Of a DNA stretch of 32,000 bases, positions 8,896-17,590 are shown in pieces. Position numbers and translations under genes: made by a program. Below the pieces are notes generated by a model. That model was not told the DNA's origin, did no database searches, and was given only the letters and a program-made list of their open reading frames with translations. The DNA is taken from NCBI GenBank assembly GCA_030680295.1, contig JAUXVU010000018.1, positions 677,547 through 709,546 of the forward strand, written 5' to 3'. The stretch's first letter is position 1, and each line of letters starts with the position of its first letter. The DNA comes from Moraxellaceae bacterium (GTDB lineage: Bacteria > Pseudomonadota > Gammaproteobacteria > Pseudomonadales > Moraxellaceae).

Positions 8896-11372
8896 ATTGG
8901 GTTTTAACGAATGCATGGCGTCGCTGCCGACAAGCCTGGCAGCACGGTGAACTGTATGTGCTGGTATTAGCCTTAAGTCTTTCCGTTGCTGCCGCCAGTG
9001 CGGTTGGTATTTTTAATGACCGTCTGTGGCGTGCTTTAGTAGCCCAAGGTGGCGACACCTTAGGCGCTGATTATATTGTCACCAGTCGCCAGCCGTTGCC
9101 CGATGAATTAGTGCAGCAGTTAACCACTGTCGCCAATGCAAAATCTGCAACGGTGGTGATGAACTCCGTGGTTTGGCATGGTGACGAGTCGGTACTGACT
9201 GGCATTAAAGCCGTTGAGGCCAACTATCCCTTACGTGGTGAGCTACGAGTCAGTGATGAGCCCTACGGTGAAGAGCGTCGTGCCAGTGCACCCGCGATCG
9301 GTACTGCCTGGGCTGATGCCAGACTGTGGGCAGCACTAGAACTGAGCACTAACGCCATTATCGAAGTTGGTGCAAGCACACTGAAAGTGACCCAACTGCT
9401 AAGCCATGAACCAGACCGTGGTGCCGGATTTGCTGACCTAGCCCCGCGTTTAATTATTAATGCTGATGATTTAGAAACCACCGGGCTACTACAGCCGGGC
9501 AGCCGCGCTACTTATGGCTTGTTACTGGCAGCCGAAGGCAGTGCCTTAGATCAGTTAAAACAAATTGAATTACCGGATGGCATTAATGCACGTAGCACGG
9601 ACAACGCTCGTCCAGAAGTAAGCCGTTCATTAAACCGTGCTAACGACTTTTTAAACTTAGCCGCCATGGCCGCCATGCTGTTAGCCGCAGCGGCGATTGG
9701 CCTGAGTGCTTGGCAATACAGCCAGCGTCTGCAGCCAGAAGTGGCCTTATTGCGCTGCTTAGGCGCCAGACGCAAAAGCATCTTAGCCAGTCTGTTGTTA
9801 AGCATTTTTATCATCACCCTGATTGCCGGTTTGGTTGGCATCATGGTGGGTTATGGCGCGCAAATGTTGTTAGCGGAAATGAGTGTCAGTCTGCTGCAAC
9901 AAACCCTGCCCGCCGCCAGCCTGTGGCCTGCATTAAAGACCATGGTATTAGCCTTATTGTTAGTGGCAGGTTTTGTGTTGCCATCTCTGTGGCAGGCCAG
10001 CGCTACCCCACCGGTGCGTGTGCTACAGCAACAAAGCACATTGCAACACCGCACCTGGGTGTTAGTGGCCTTAGGCCTAACCAGCTTGTGCGCTGCGTTT
10101 GTGGTGCAAACCGGCCAGCTGCGTTTGGCACTACTAACCCTATTGGGCACACTCATCACGGCTGCTGTCTTAGCCGCCCTTGGTTTTGTGTTACTGCAAC
10201 TGTTGCAGCCTTTGCGCCAGCGCAGTCAGTCTGGCTTACGTCTGGCCTTAGCGAACTTAGCCCGTCGACGCAGTGCCACGGTAGCGCAAGTGGTCGCCTT
10301 CGGCTTAGGGCTATTAGCCCTGCTGCTGTTATCAGTCGTGCGCCAAGACTTGTTGTCCAGCTGGCAAGATCGCCTGCCTCTAGACACACCCAATCAATTT
10401 TTAATCGATATACAGCCGCATCAAGTGGATGAGTTAAGTACATTTTTGTCTGAACGTGAGTTAAGTAACGCGCGCTTGTGGCCCATGGCCAGAGGCCGCC
10501 TAACCGCACTGAATGGGGTTGAGGTCACTGCCGATAGTTTTGGTGATGTGGAAACACAACGTTGGATTAATCGCGACTTTAATATGTCGTGGACCACGGA
10601 ATTAAGTGAAGACAACACGCTCACAGAGGGTGACTGGTGGGGTGAAGCCGGTGTTGGCCAACCTCTGCTGTCCGCGGATAGTTATGCCAAAGAGCGCTTA
10701 AACCTAAAACTTGGTGACACCCTCACCATAAGTTTTGCCGGTGCTGAAACCACCTTAACCGTGGCTAATTTTCGCGAGATTGATTGGTCATCGTTTCAAC
10801 CTAACTTCTTTTTATTAGCGACTCCCGGCGCCCTACCTGATACACCCACCACCTGGCTGACCAGCTTTTATTTGCCCGAATCACAACGCAGTGCCTTGCG
10901 TGAGCTTAATCGTGAATTTCCAAATGTGACGGCGTTAGACTTAACGGCATTAATGGCACAAGTTCGCGAAATCATTGATCGCATTGTACAGGCCATGGAA
11001 TTTGTATTTTTATTTACGCTGGCGGCAGGCCTTACCGTGATGTTGGCCGCCATGGAAGCCAGTCGAGATGAACGCCGTCGTGAAATTGCCCTGCTGCGTG
11101 CATTAGGGGCAACACGCCAACGCATACGACGAGCGTTGCTGACTGAGCTGGCCATCCTTGGTGCGTTAGCGGGTGCGGTCGCAGCAGTGGCTGCTCACCT
11201 GATTGGTAGTTTGATCGCGCAGCAGGTTTTTTCACTGCCCTATGCGCTAAATCCGTGGTTATGGATATATGGTTGTGGAGGTGGTGCAGTATTGGTGGCC
11301 ACCTTGGGCTGGTTTAGTCTGCGCAGCACGGTGAATGTATCACCACACACAGTGCTACAAAGCGCGCGGTAA
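8892..11372 (+). CDS. ybbP: FtsX-like ABC transporter permease YbbP
   Basis: 826 aa with duplicated FtsX-type permease halves: multiple hydrophobic helices separated by large soluble loops. ATGA overlap with the ybbA stop. Confidence 0.85.
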   Translation: MNWVLTNAWRRCRQAWQHGELYVLVLALSLSVAAASAVGIFNDRLWRALVAQGGDTLGADYIVTSRQPLPDELVQQLTTVANAKSATVVMNSVVWHGDESVLTGIKAVEANYPLRGELRVSDEPYGEERRASAPAIGTAWADARLWAALELSTNAIIEVGASTLKVTQLLSHEPDRGAGFADLAPRLIINADDLETTGLLQPGSRATYGLLLAAEGSALDQLKQIELPDGINARSTDNARPEVSRSLNRANDFLNLAAMAAMLLAAAAIGLSAWQYSQRLQPEVALLRCLGARRKSILASLLLSIFIITLIAGLVGIMVGYGAQMLLAEMSVSLLQQTLPAASLWPALKTMVLALLLVAGFVLPSLWQASATPPVRVLQQQSTLQHRTWVLVALGLTSLCAAFVVQTGQLRLALLTLLGTLITAAVLAALGFVLLQLLQPLRQRSQSGLRLALANLARRRSATVAQVVAFGLGLLALLLLSVVRQDLLSSWQDRLPLDTPNQFLIDIQPHQVDELSTFLSERELSNARLWPMARGRLTALNGVEVTADSFGDVETQRWINRDFNMSWTTELSEDNTLTEGDWWGEAGVGQPLLSADSYAKERLNLKLGDTLTISFAGAETTLTVANFREIDWSSFQPNFFLLATPGALPDTPTTWLTSFYLPESQRSALRELNREFPNVTALDLTALMAQVREIIDRIVQAMEFVFLFTLAAGLTVMLAAMEASRDERRREIALLRALGATRQRIRRALLTELAILGALAGAVAAVAAHLIGSLIAQQVFSLPYALNPWLWIYGCGGGAVLVATLGWFSLRSTVNVSPHTVLQSAR

Positions 11373-11429
11373 TAAACCGCGTAAAAGCAACGCCTAGAAA
11401 CAACGCTTAAAAGCGATTAGGAACCAGAA

Positions 11430-13544
11430 ATGAGCGCGACGATATCTTCTCACCGACAGCCAAGGACTCCGGCTTTAGATAATCCCAACGCTAATGCGTT
11501 GCGAGTTGAGCTTCGTCAGTATTTTATTGAGACCTTCAGCACTTACGAACGTTTGTTTGAAGTGCTGAGCTGTGATGAGGCTTATTACAAAAAGCCAATT
11601 GCTCTACGTCATCCACTGATTTTTTATTTTGGTCATACCGCCACATTTTTTATTAATAAGCTGCTGCTGGCACGTCTTGTTGAACAACGCATTAACCCAC
11701 GTTTTGAGTCTTTGTTTGCGGTTGGTGTGGATGAAATGAGTTGGGATGATCTAAACGATCAGCACTATGACTGGCCCACCGTGGCAGAAGTGGCTCATTA
11801 TCGTCAGCAAGTACGCCAAACCGTTTTAGATGTCATCGACAACAGCCCACTGACTAGCCCCATTACGTGGGACCACCCTTGGTGGGCCATCATCATGGGC
11901 ATTGAACATGAACGTATTCACCTAGAGACCTCATCGGTACTCATTCGCCAGCATGATTTGAACATGGTGCACTCACACCCCGCTTGGGCACCCTGCCGTC
12001 AACAGGGTGTTGCGCCAACGAATCGTTTAATCCCGGTAGCGGCCGGTGACACCACCCTAGGCAAACCACGTCATGACAGCTATTACGGCTGGGACAATGA
12101 GTATGGTCAACGCCAGATCAACGTGCCTGAATTTGCCGCCAGTGAGTTTTTAGTCAGCAATCAAGAATACTTGGCCTTTGTAGAGGCTGGTGCCTACCAA
12201 CAGCCACAATGGTGGGACGAGGAAGGCCAAGCTTGGCAAGAATATAGCCAAGCCACCATGCCCACCTTTTGGCGTCGTCAAGAAAACGGACAGTACCGTC
12301 TGCGCTTAATGACCGAAGAAGTGAGCATGCCGTGGAATTGGCCGGTTGAGGTGAACTGTTTGGAGGCGCGCGCTTATTGCTTATGGTTGTCGGCTCAGCG
12401 TAATGAGCCTATACGCCTGCCCAGCGAAGATGAGTGGTATCGACTCTATGATGTGGCCCATGCAGATAGCGAACTGAAAGCGAATATTCATTTAGACCAT
12501 TTCGCCTCTTCCTGTCCGGTGAACACCTTTAAGCAAGGTGATTTTTATGATGTTACTGGCAATGTCTGGCAATGGACTAACACACCGATTTACCCCATTG
12601 CCGGCTTTGACGTACACCCTATTTATGATGACTTCACCACACCGACTTTTGATGATCGACATAACCTAATCAAAGGTGGCTCGTGGATTTCTACCGGTAA
12701 TGAATCGCTACGCAGTGCACGTTATGCTTTTCGCCGACACTTTTTTCAACATGCGGGTTTCCGTTATGTTAGTAGCCGCCATCCGGAGCCCACAGTGACC
12801 AACACCTATTACGAAACCGATCGGCAGTTATCGGAATATGCTGAATTTCATTTTGGTGATAACTACTTTGACGTGCCCAACTTTCCCAAGGCCTTGGCTG
12901 AACACGGCATAAAAGCCTGCGCCAATAAACCACACGCACGCGCACTGGACTTAGGCTGTGCCACCGGCCGTGCCAGCTTTGAATTAGCCAAACACTTTGA
13001 CCATGTCACCGGGATTGATTTTTCTGCACGCTTTATCAACCTAGCGGTGCAGCTGGCCAGTACAGGTCAGTGCCGTTACACCTTGGTGGATGAAGGTGAA
13101 TTGGTGAGCTATAAAACGCGTGATCTGAATGACTTAGGTCTTGCTGAAGTTGCCAGTAAGGTCGAGTTTTTCCAAGGTGATGCCTGCAACTTAAAACCAC
13201 AATTTAGTGATTACGACTTTATTTTGGCCGCCAACTTAATTGACCGTTTATACGACCCTGCCCTGTTCTTGGCGCATATACACGAACGTTTGCAGGTCGG
13301 TGGTGTATTGATGCTGACCTCACCCTATACCTGGTTGGAAGATCACACCCCACGTGCTGACTGGTTAGGTGGCTTTAAAAAAGATGGAGAAAGCTGGACT
13401 ACCTTAGATGCGTTAAAAGCACATCTGGCACCTCACTTCCGCTTTATGAAAGAACCCGCTGATATTCCTTTTGTGATTCGCGAAACACGTCGTAAATATC
13501 AACACTCCCTGGCCGAGGCCACGCTGTGGGAGCGTATTAAATGA
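11430..13544 (+). CDS. ovoA: 5-histidylcysteine sulfoxide synthase / 4-mercaptohistidine N1-methyltransferase OvoA (ovothiol biosynthesis)
   Basis: 704 aa with the three-part OvoA architecture. The N-terminal DinB-like domain has the iron-binding HX3HXE motif HERIHLE (nt 11907-11927). The central part is a formylglycine-generating-enzyme-like domain (GNVWQWT, KGGSW). The C-terminal part is a SAM-methyltransferase (LDLGCATGRASFEL). Confidence 0.85.
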   Translation: MSATISSHRQPRTPALDNPNANALRVELRQYFIETFSTYERLFEVLSCDEAYYKKPIALRHPLIFYFGHTATFFINKLLLARLVEQRINPRFESLFAVGVDEMSWDDLNDQHYDWPTVAEVAHYRQQVRQTVLDVIDNSPLTSPITWDHPWWAIIMGIEHERIHLETSSVLIRQHDLNMVHSHPAWAPCRQQGVAPTNRLIPVAAGDTTLGKPRHDSYYGWDNEYGQRQINVPEFAASEFLVSNQEYLAFVEAGAYQQPQWWDEEGQAWQEYSQATMPTFWRRQENGQYRLRLMTEEVSMPWNWPVEVNCLEARAYCLWLSAQRNEPIRLPSEDEWYRLYDVAHADSELKANIHLDHFASSCPVNTFKQGDFYDVTGNVWQWTNTPIYPIAGFDVHPIYDDFTTPTFDDRHNLIKGGSWISTGNESLRSARYAFRRHFFQHAGFRYVSSRHPEPTVTNTYYETDRQLSEYAEFHFGDNYFDVPNFPKALAEHGIKACANKPHARALDLGCATGRASFELAKHFDHVTGIDFSARFINLAVQLASTGQCRYTLVDEGELVSYKTRDLNDLGLAEVASKVEFFQGDACNLKPQFSDYDFILAANLIDRLYDPALFLAHIHERLQVGGVLMLTSPYTWLEDHTPRADWLGGFKKDGESWTTLDALKAHLAPHFRFMKEPADIPFVIRETRRKYQHSLAEATLWERIK

Positions 13545-14725
13545 GTCAAACGTTCGACTTTGATCGTGTTATTGACCGTCACAACACCGACTGTGAAAAG
13601 TACGATGGCCGCGAACGCTTATTTGGTCACCCAGACTTAACACCGTTGTGGGTGGCCGACATGGATTTTGCCGCACCACCACCGGTGTTGGCCGCGTTAC
13701 AACAACGTTTAGATCATGGTGTGTTGGGTTATAGCCAAGCTTCAGACAACTTGTTTCAGACCATCACCAACTGGTGCCAGCAACGCCTTAACTGGTCTTT
13801 GGCTGGCCAACATCTGCTGTTATGCCCGGGGGTTGTGCCCTCGTTATATGCCTGTGTTCAGGCCTTTAGCCAACCCGGTGATGGCATCATTGTGCAGCCA
13901 CCGGTATATCCCCTGTTATTTACTGCGGCCACCACCAACGACCGTAAGCTGCTGCTTAACCCGCTGCTTGAGCACGACGGGCACTATCAAATGGATTTTG
14001 ATGGCCTAGAACAATTGGCACCACACGCCAAGATGCTGTTGTTATGTTCACCACACAATCCGGTAGGACGAGTCTGGACTGCGGCAGAATTACAACGCCT
14101 GCTGGCTATTGCTGAGCGTCACGACTTACTTATCGTTAGCGACGAGATCCATGCTGACTTGGTATTTGCCCCACATCAGCACACCGTCATGGCCAGCCTA
14201 CCTGATGCTGGCCAACGCGTGATCACCGCCATGGCGCCCAGCAAGACATTTAATATTCCCGGCTTAGGGCTGTCATGGTTAGCCCTGCCTAGCGCATCTC
14301 AACGTGACGCCGTGAACGCTGCCTTTGCCAAACTGCATATCAGTATGAGCAACCCGATCAGCTTGGTGGCGACGGAGGCCGCTTATGGACATGGCCACGA
14401 CTGGTTAACACAGTTGATGGCCTATCTTGCCCAAACCCGTGATGAGGTCTTGGCCCTGCTAGCACCCACCCCAATCCGGGTGTCTGAACTACAAGCCACC
14501 TATTTGCTGTGGTTAGATTTTCGTGCCTTTGGTTTATCTGAAGCCGACATGATGCAGCGCTTAATTCATCAGGCCAACGTTGGCTTAAGTGCTGGTAGCT
14601 GGTTTGGCGAGGCGGGCCATGGTTTTTTAAGACTCAATATGGCCGCGCCACGTGCACTGGTTTTAGCGGCTGTTGAGCGTATTATTTCTACCACCGCAAC
14701 ACTTAATATAAGGACTGCACCATGA
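13541..14725 (+). CDS. PLP-dependent C-S lyase of the MalY/PatB aminotransferase class; candidate OvoB-type sulfoxide lyase
   Basis: 394 aa. PLP-lysine motif APSKTFNIPGLG and N-terminal DR..T.C.KY...... typical of MalY/PatB cystathionine beta-lyases. ATGA overlap with the ovoA stop. The OvoB assignment is inferred from operon context. Confidence 0.65.
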   Translation: MSQTFDFDRVIDRHNTDCEKYDGRERLFGHPDLTPLWVADMDFAAPPPVLAALQQRLDHGVLGYSQASDNLFQTITNWCQQRLNWSLAGQHLLLCPGVVPSLYACVQAFSQPGDGIIVQPPVYPLLFTAATTNDRKLLLNPLLEHDGHYQMDFDGLEQLAPHAKMLLLCSPHNPVGRVWTAAELQRLLAIAERHDLLIVSDEIHADLVFAPHQHTVMASLPDAGQRVITAMAPSKTFNIPGLGLSWLALPSASQRDAVNAAFAKLHISMSNPISLVATEAAYGHGHDWLTQLMAYLAQTRDEVLALLAPTPIRVSELQATYLLWLDFRAFGLSEADMMQRLIHQANVGLSAGSWFGEAGHGFLRLNMAAPRALVLAAVERIISTTATLNIRTAP

Positions 14726-15090
14726 TTGCTTATGTAACCGTTGGCACCAATGATATTGAAAAAGCCAAAGCCTTTTATCTAGATCTGTTCAGTGATTTTA
14801 AGGCCAGAATTCTGGTCGACATTGGTCGTCTGGCCTTAATTGGCCCATCAATGGGTAAACCCATGATTTCCGTTTGTGTTCCGCACAACCAAGAACCAGC
14901 CAATCCAGGCAACGGCAATATGATCGCGATTCCTGCTGGCTCACGCGAAAACGTTGATGCGCTGTATAACAAAGCCATCAGCTTAGGCGCTACTTGTGAA
15001 GGCAAACCAGGCGAGCGTATGCCCACCTTTTACGGTGGTTATATTCGCGACTTAGACGGCAATAAGTTAGCTTTTATTCATATGGGCTAA
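14722..15090 (+). CDS. VOC (glyoxalase/bleomycin-resistance/dioxygenase) family protein
   Basis: 122 aa. MIAYVTVGTNDIEKAKAFYLDLF... and C-terminal GGYIRDLDGNKLAF are typical of small VOC-fold proteins. ATGA overlap with the upstream lyase stop. Confidence 0.7.
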   Translation: MIAYVTVGTNDIEKAKAFYLDLFSDFKARILVDIGRLALIGPSMGKPMISVCVPHNQEPANPGNGNMIAIPAGSRENVDALYNKAISLGATCEGKPGERMPTFYGGYIRDLDGNKLAFIHMG

Positions 15091-15097
15091 AACCCAG

Positions 15098-15133
15098 TTG
15101 AATCAGTGGGCGCACTTGAGTATCATGCGCGCC
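15098..15133 (+). promoter_or_regulatory. Sigma70-type promoter with GC-rich discriminator for tRNA-Val
   Basis: TTGAAT (15098-15103), a 17-nt spacer, TATCAT (15121-15126), then gcgcgcc (15127-15133), ending 11 nt before the mature tRNA 5' end. A GC-rich discriminator is typical of stringently controlled stable-RNA promoters. Confidence 0.55.
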
Positions 15134-15143
15134 TACCCGAGAT

Positions 15144-15220
15144 AGGCGCATAGCTCAGTTGGTTAGAGCACCACCTTGACATGGTGGGGGTCAGCAGTTC
15201 GAGTCTGCTTGTGCCTACCA
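15144..15220 (+). tRNA. tRNA-Val (anticodon GAC), encoded CCA
   Basis: The cloverleaf folds by hand. Acceptor aggcgca/tgtgcct (one G-U), D arm gctc-agttggtt-agagc, anticodon arm ccacc-ttGACat-ggtgg, T arm agcag-ttcgagt-ctgct, then a-cca. The D and anticodon arms look the same as E. coli tRNA-Val(GAC), from memory. Confidence 0.95.
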
Positions 15221-15230
15221 AATTTCAGAA

Positions 15231-15267
15231 CCCGCAAAGCTACTGGCTTCGCGGGTTTTGTCGTTTT
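15231..15267 (+). terminator. Rho-independent terminator of tRNA-Val
   Basis: cccgcaaagc-tactg-gcttcgcggg (9 of 10 bp paired) followed by ttttgtcgtttt. Confidence 0.8.
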
Positions 15268-15310
15268 AGAGGTTATATTTTTACAGCTCATAAAGACGCA
15301 AAACTTTTCT

Positions 15311-15445
15311 TGGTGACCATCTGGTGACCAATTTGTGCCCAAACTTGCACTATAAAAGTGGGGGTCATTTTTAAGATCAGCCATTTTGTTCAAAAAACAA
15401 CCAAAAATGACCAGAACCATACTTTGTCACGATTGTGCGTGACCA
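15311..15445. repeat. Cluster of TGACC(A) motifs including a tandem TGGTGACCA pair; candidate integrase/excisionase arm-type sites of attL
   Basis: TGGTGACCA occurs at 15311-15319 and 15322-15330. ATGACCA is at 15407-15413, GTGACCA at 15439-15445, and an inverted GGTCA at 15363-15367. All lie in the non-coding 250 bp between the tRNA terminator and the first island gene. Confidence 0.45.
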
Positions 15446-15470
15446 AAATTAATCCAGCCTACTGTTTTTA

Positions 15471-15677
15471 TTAAGAATTATTGTCTTCTTTGATGTGCTC
15501 CATTAAATCGGAGACTTCACAATCAAAATAGGTACATAACTTATCAATTACGTCAGTCGTACAGTTATAGCCAGGAACACTAGAAACCTTTCTCAATGTG
15601 CTGCGATTTAGACCAGTCTCTTCAGCAACCTCGACTAACGTAATGTGCCTTTTTTCTTTAAAGGCTTTGTCGGCCAT
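15471..15677 (-). CDS. Cro/C1 (XRE, HTH_26-like) family transcriptional regulator
   Basis: MADKAFKEKRHITLVEVAEETGLNRSTLRKVSS...IDKLCTYFDCEVSDLMEH fits the short Cro/C1-type HTH pattern. AAAGAGG RBS just upstream of ATG 15677. Longer in-frame alternatives start at 15704 and 15752. Confidence 0.65.
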   Translation of the reverse strand: MADKAFKEKRHITLVEVAEETGLNRSTLRKVSSVPGYNCTTDVIDKLCTYFDCEVSDLMEHIKEDNNS

Positions 15678-15779
15678 CGCCTCTTTTACTCTAAATCTGA
15701 TCATAAAAAGCACCTTTAGGTCATTAAAAGCATCATTTGCTATTGACAACACCCATGACTAGGGCGAAACTAGTTCCAG

Positions 15780-15838
15780 ATGGTGCTTATAAACACCATT
15801 CGGGCATAAGAGAAATCATGTGGTGCAAATGATACCAC
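15780..15838. promoter_or_regulatory. Two related operator-like palindromes in the divergent HTH / excisionase control region
   Basis: ATGGTG-N8-CACCAT is at 15780-15799 and GTGGT-N9-ACCAC at 15820-15838. Both have TGGTGC left halves and share the TGGT/ACCA half-site with the TGGTGACCA repeats. A TTGACA hexamer lies at 15743-15748. Confidence 0.4.
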
Positions 15839-15889
15839 GATGAAAAATCCAATTGCTCTTCTATACGTCTGAATAGTTGGAGAACATCC

Positions 15890-16117
15890 ATGGGTAAATA
15901 TGAACTAATAACAGCTGAAGAACTTGGTGAGCGTCTTCGCTACAACCCCCGCTACATACTTCGTCAACTGCTTGATAACAAATTGTTTGAAGGCGTGCAT
16001 TACGTAAGGCCCTTTGGCGGAAAGAAAATTTTGTTTATATGGGAGAGAGTTTTTCAGGACCTAAATATTGTTGATGACAACGTTCCACTAGCTGCTGGAG
16101 GAACAATCAATGGCTAA
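15890..16117 (+). CDS. Excisionase / AlpA-like small DNA-binding protein
   Basis: 75 aa. ELITAEELGERLRYNPRYILRQL...GVHYVRPFGGKKILFIWERV resembles winged-helix excisionase-type proteins. GGAG lies 7 nt upstream. The 3' end overlaps the integrase start by 8 nt. Confidence 0.5.
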   Translation: MGKYELITAEELGERLRYNPRYILRQLLDNKLFEGVHYVRPFGGKKILFIWERVFQDLNIVDDNVPLAAGGTING

Positions 16118-17276
16118 TGTTCGAGCAAAGCCCAGCGGTAAGCTTTATTTTGATTTTAGGTACATGAATCAGCGTTGTCGTGAAACAACTGAGCTCTCAG
16201 ATACGGTTGCAAATCGTAAGCGACTTGAAAGCATCATGAAGAAGATCAGCGCAGAAATTATGCTTGGAACCTTTGATTACGAAGCTTACTTCCCAAATAG
16301 CAACATGGTTTCTAAAGTTAAAAAGCAAGCCTCCCCAAAGCCAACAGGCCTGCCTACTATTAATGAGTGCGCAACTACATGGTTAATTGAACATGAAATC
16401 GAGTGGAGAATTAACTATCGAAACGTCATTGTTGGCATTATCGAAAAGCATATTCGCCCACAACTAGGGGAGCTAACACTGTGTGATCTGTCTCGTGACG
16501 ATATCGTTAGATTTAGAAACCATCTCGCCAGACATAGAAGCTCAACTGGTGCCGCTTTAAAGCCTGCAACAATTAATCGAGTCATAACGGTATTAAAGGC
16601 AATCGTTGAGCAAGCATGCTTCGTGCACAAACTCCCTACTCCTTTTGAGCGGATTAAAAAACTCAAAGAGGAAAAGCGCTCGGTTGAGCCCTTCTCAATT
16701 GATGAAATGAACCGAATGTTAGCTGATGTACGAGCTGACTTTAGGGACTACCTCATCGTTAAATTTTTCACTGGTCTTCGAACCGCCGAAATTAATGGCT
16801 TACGCTGGAAATACGTCGACCTGGAACGCGGTGAAATCTTAATTCGTGAAACCTTCTGTAAGGGACGATTTGATTACACGAAAAACGATTACTCACAACG
16901 AGAAATCCGAATCACTACCATTGTGCGTGAGGCTTTGGAGCGTCAACTAAAAGTAACAGGTCACTTTGGGAAAGACGGCATCGTCTTTTGCACTAGAAAT
17001 GGCAATCCACTAGACGATCATAACTTCTGCAATCGTATCTGGAAGCCGATGTTAGAGGATCTGAACATCCCCTACCGACGGCCCTACAACACTCGACATA
17101 CCGCCGCCACGATCATGCTCGCCTCAGGTGAAAGCCCTGAATGGGTTGCTCGCCAGTTAGGTCATGCCAATACGCAGATGTTGTTCACGGTTTATAGCCG
17201 CTTTGTTCCAAATTTAACGCGTAATGATGGCAGCGCACTTGATCGCTTGCTAGCTAATACCATTCAGACTGCATAG
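16110..17276 (+). CDS. int: Tyrosine recombinase (phage-type integrase) with N-terminal arm-DNA-binding domain
   Basis: 388 aa. N-terminus KPSGKLYFDFRYMNQRCRETT is arm-binding (DUF3596-like). Catalytic residues sit in context: GLRTAEINGLRW (Arg), NTRHTAATIM (His-x-x-Arg), LGHANTQMLFTVYSRF (His, Tyr). GGAGG RBS lies 8 nt upstream. Confidence 0.9.
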   Translation: MANVRAKPSGKLYFDFRYMNQRCRETTELSDTVANRKRLESIMKKISAEIMLGTFDYEAYFPNSNMVSKVKKQASPKPTGLPTINECATTWLIEHEIEWRINYRNVIVGIIEKHIRPQLGELTLCDLSRDDIVRFRNHLARHRSSTGAALKPATINRVITVLKAIVEQACFVHKLPTPFERIKKLKEEKRSVEPFSIDEMNRMLADVRADFRDYLIVKFFTGLRTAEINGLRWKYVDLERGEILIRETFCKGRFDYTKNDYSQREIRITTIVREALERQLKVTGHFGKDGIVFCTRNGNPLDDHNFCNRIWKPMLEDLNIPYRRPYNTRHTAATIMLASGESPEWVARQLGHANTQMLFTVYSRFVPNLTRNDGSALDRLLANTIQTA

Positions 17277-17287
17277 GAGCGGACTTA

Positions 17288-17590
17288 ATGAAAGTTATTC
17301 ACTTAGATTTAGAACGTAAACGTCGCCAGCTTTCTTGTTCTCAGCAGCTTGTAGCGCGTATGGCCAAGTCTCTCTTGCAAACCTATGCAGTTAGCAAGGA
17401 TTTAGATCTATCGGTTCATTTTGGTTACGGCAAGCAGATGACTAATGAGCAGGCCATTACGATCTGGATTCTTGATGTCCTTCAGACCATGGACCAAGAG
17501 CTTGCTGACAAGATTTTTCCAATATTGTGCGACCGCTTTCAAACGAAGCTGAGCAGACTGCCAACACATATGCATGGTGGGGATATGTGA
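17288..17590 (+). CDS. Hypothetical protein (100 aa), first gene of a coupled pair
   Basis: AGGAG (17274-17278) lies 9 nt before the ATG. Stop TGA 17588-17590 overlaps the ATG of the next gene (ATGTGATG). I recognise no domain. Confidence 0.55.
   Translation: MKVIHLDLERKRRQLSCSQQLVARMAKSLLQTYAVSKDLDLSVHFGYGKQMTNEQAITIWILDVLQTMDQELADKIFPILCDRFQTKLSRLPTHMHGGDM

Noticed and set aside
9710-10432. 240-aa plus-strand ORF and several 70-117-aa ORFs inside ybbP
   Set aside because: These are alternative or antisense frames within the 826-aa FtsX-like permease gene, which is continuous and coupled to ybbA.
15163-15420. 85-aa minus-strand ORF
   Set aside because: It overlaps the tRNA-Val gene and its terminator. 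The remainder is the non-coding att-arm region.
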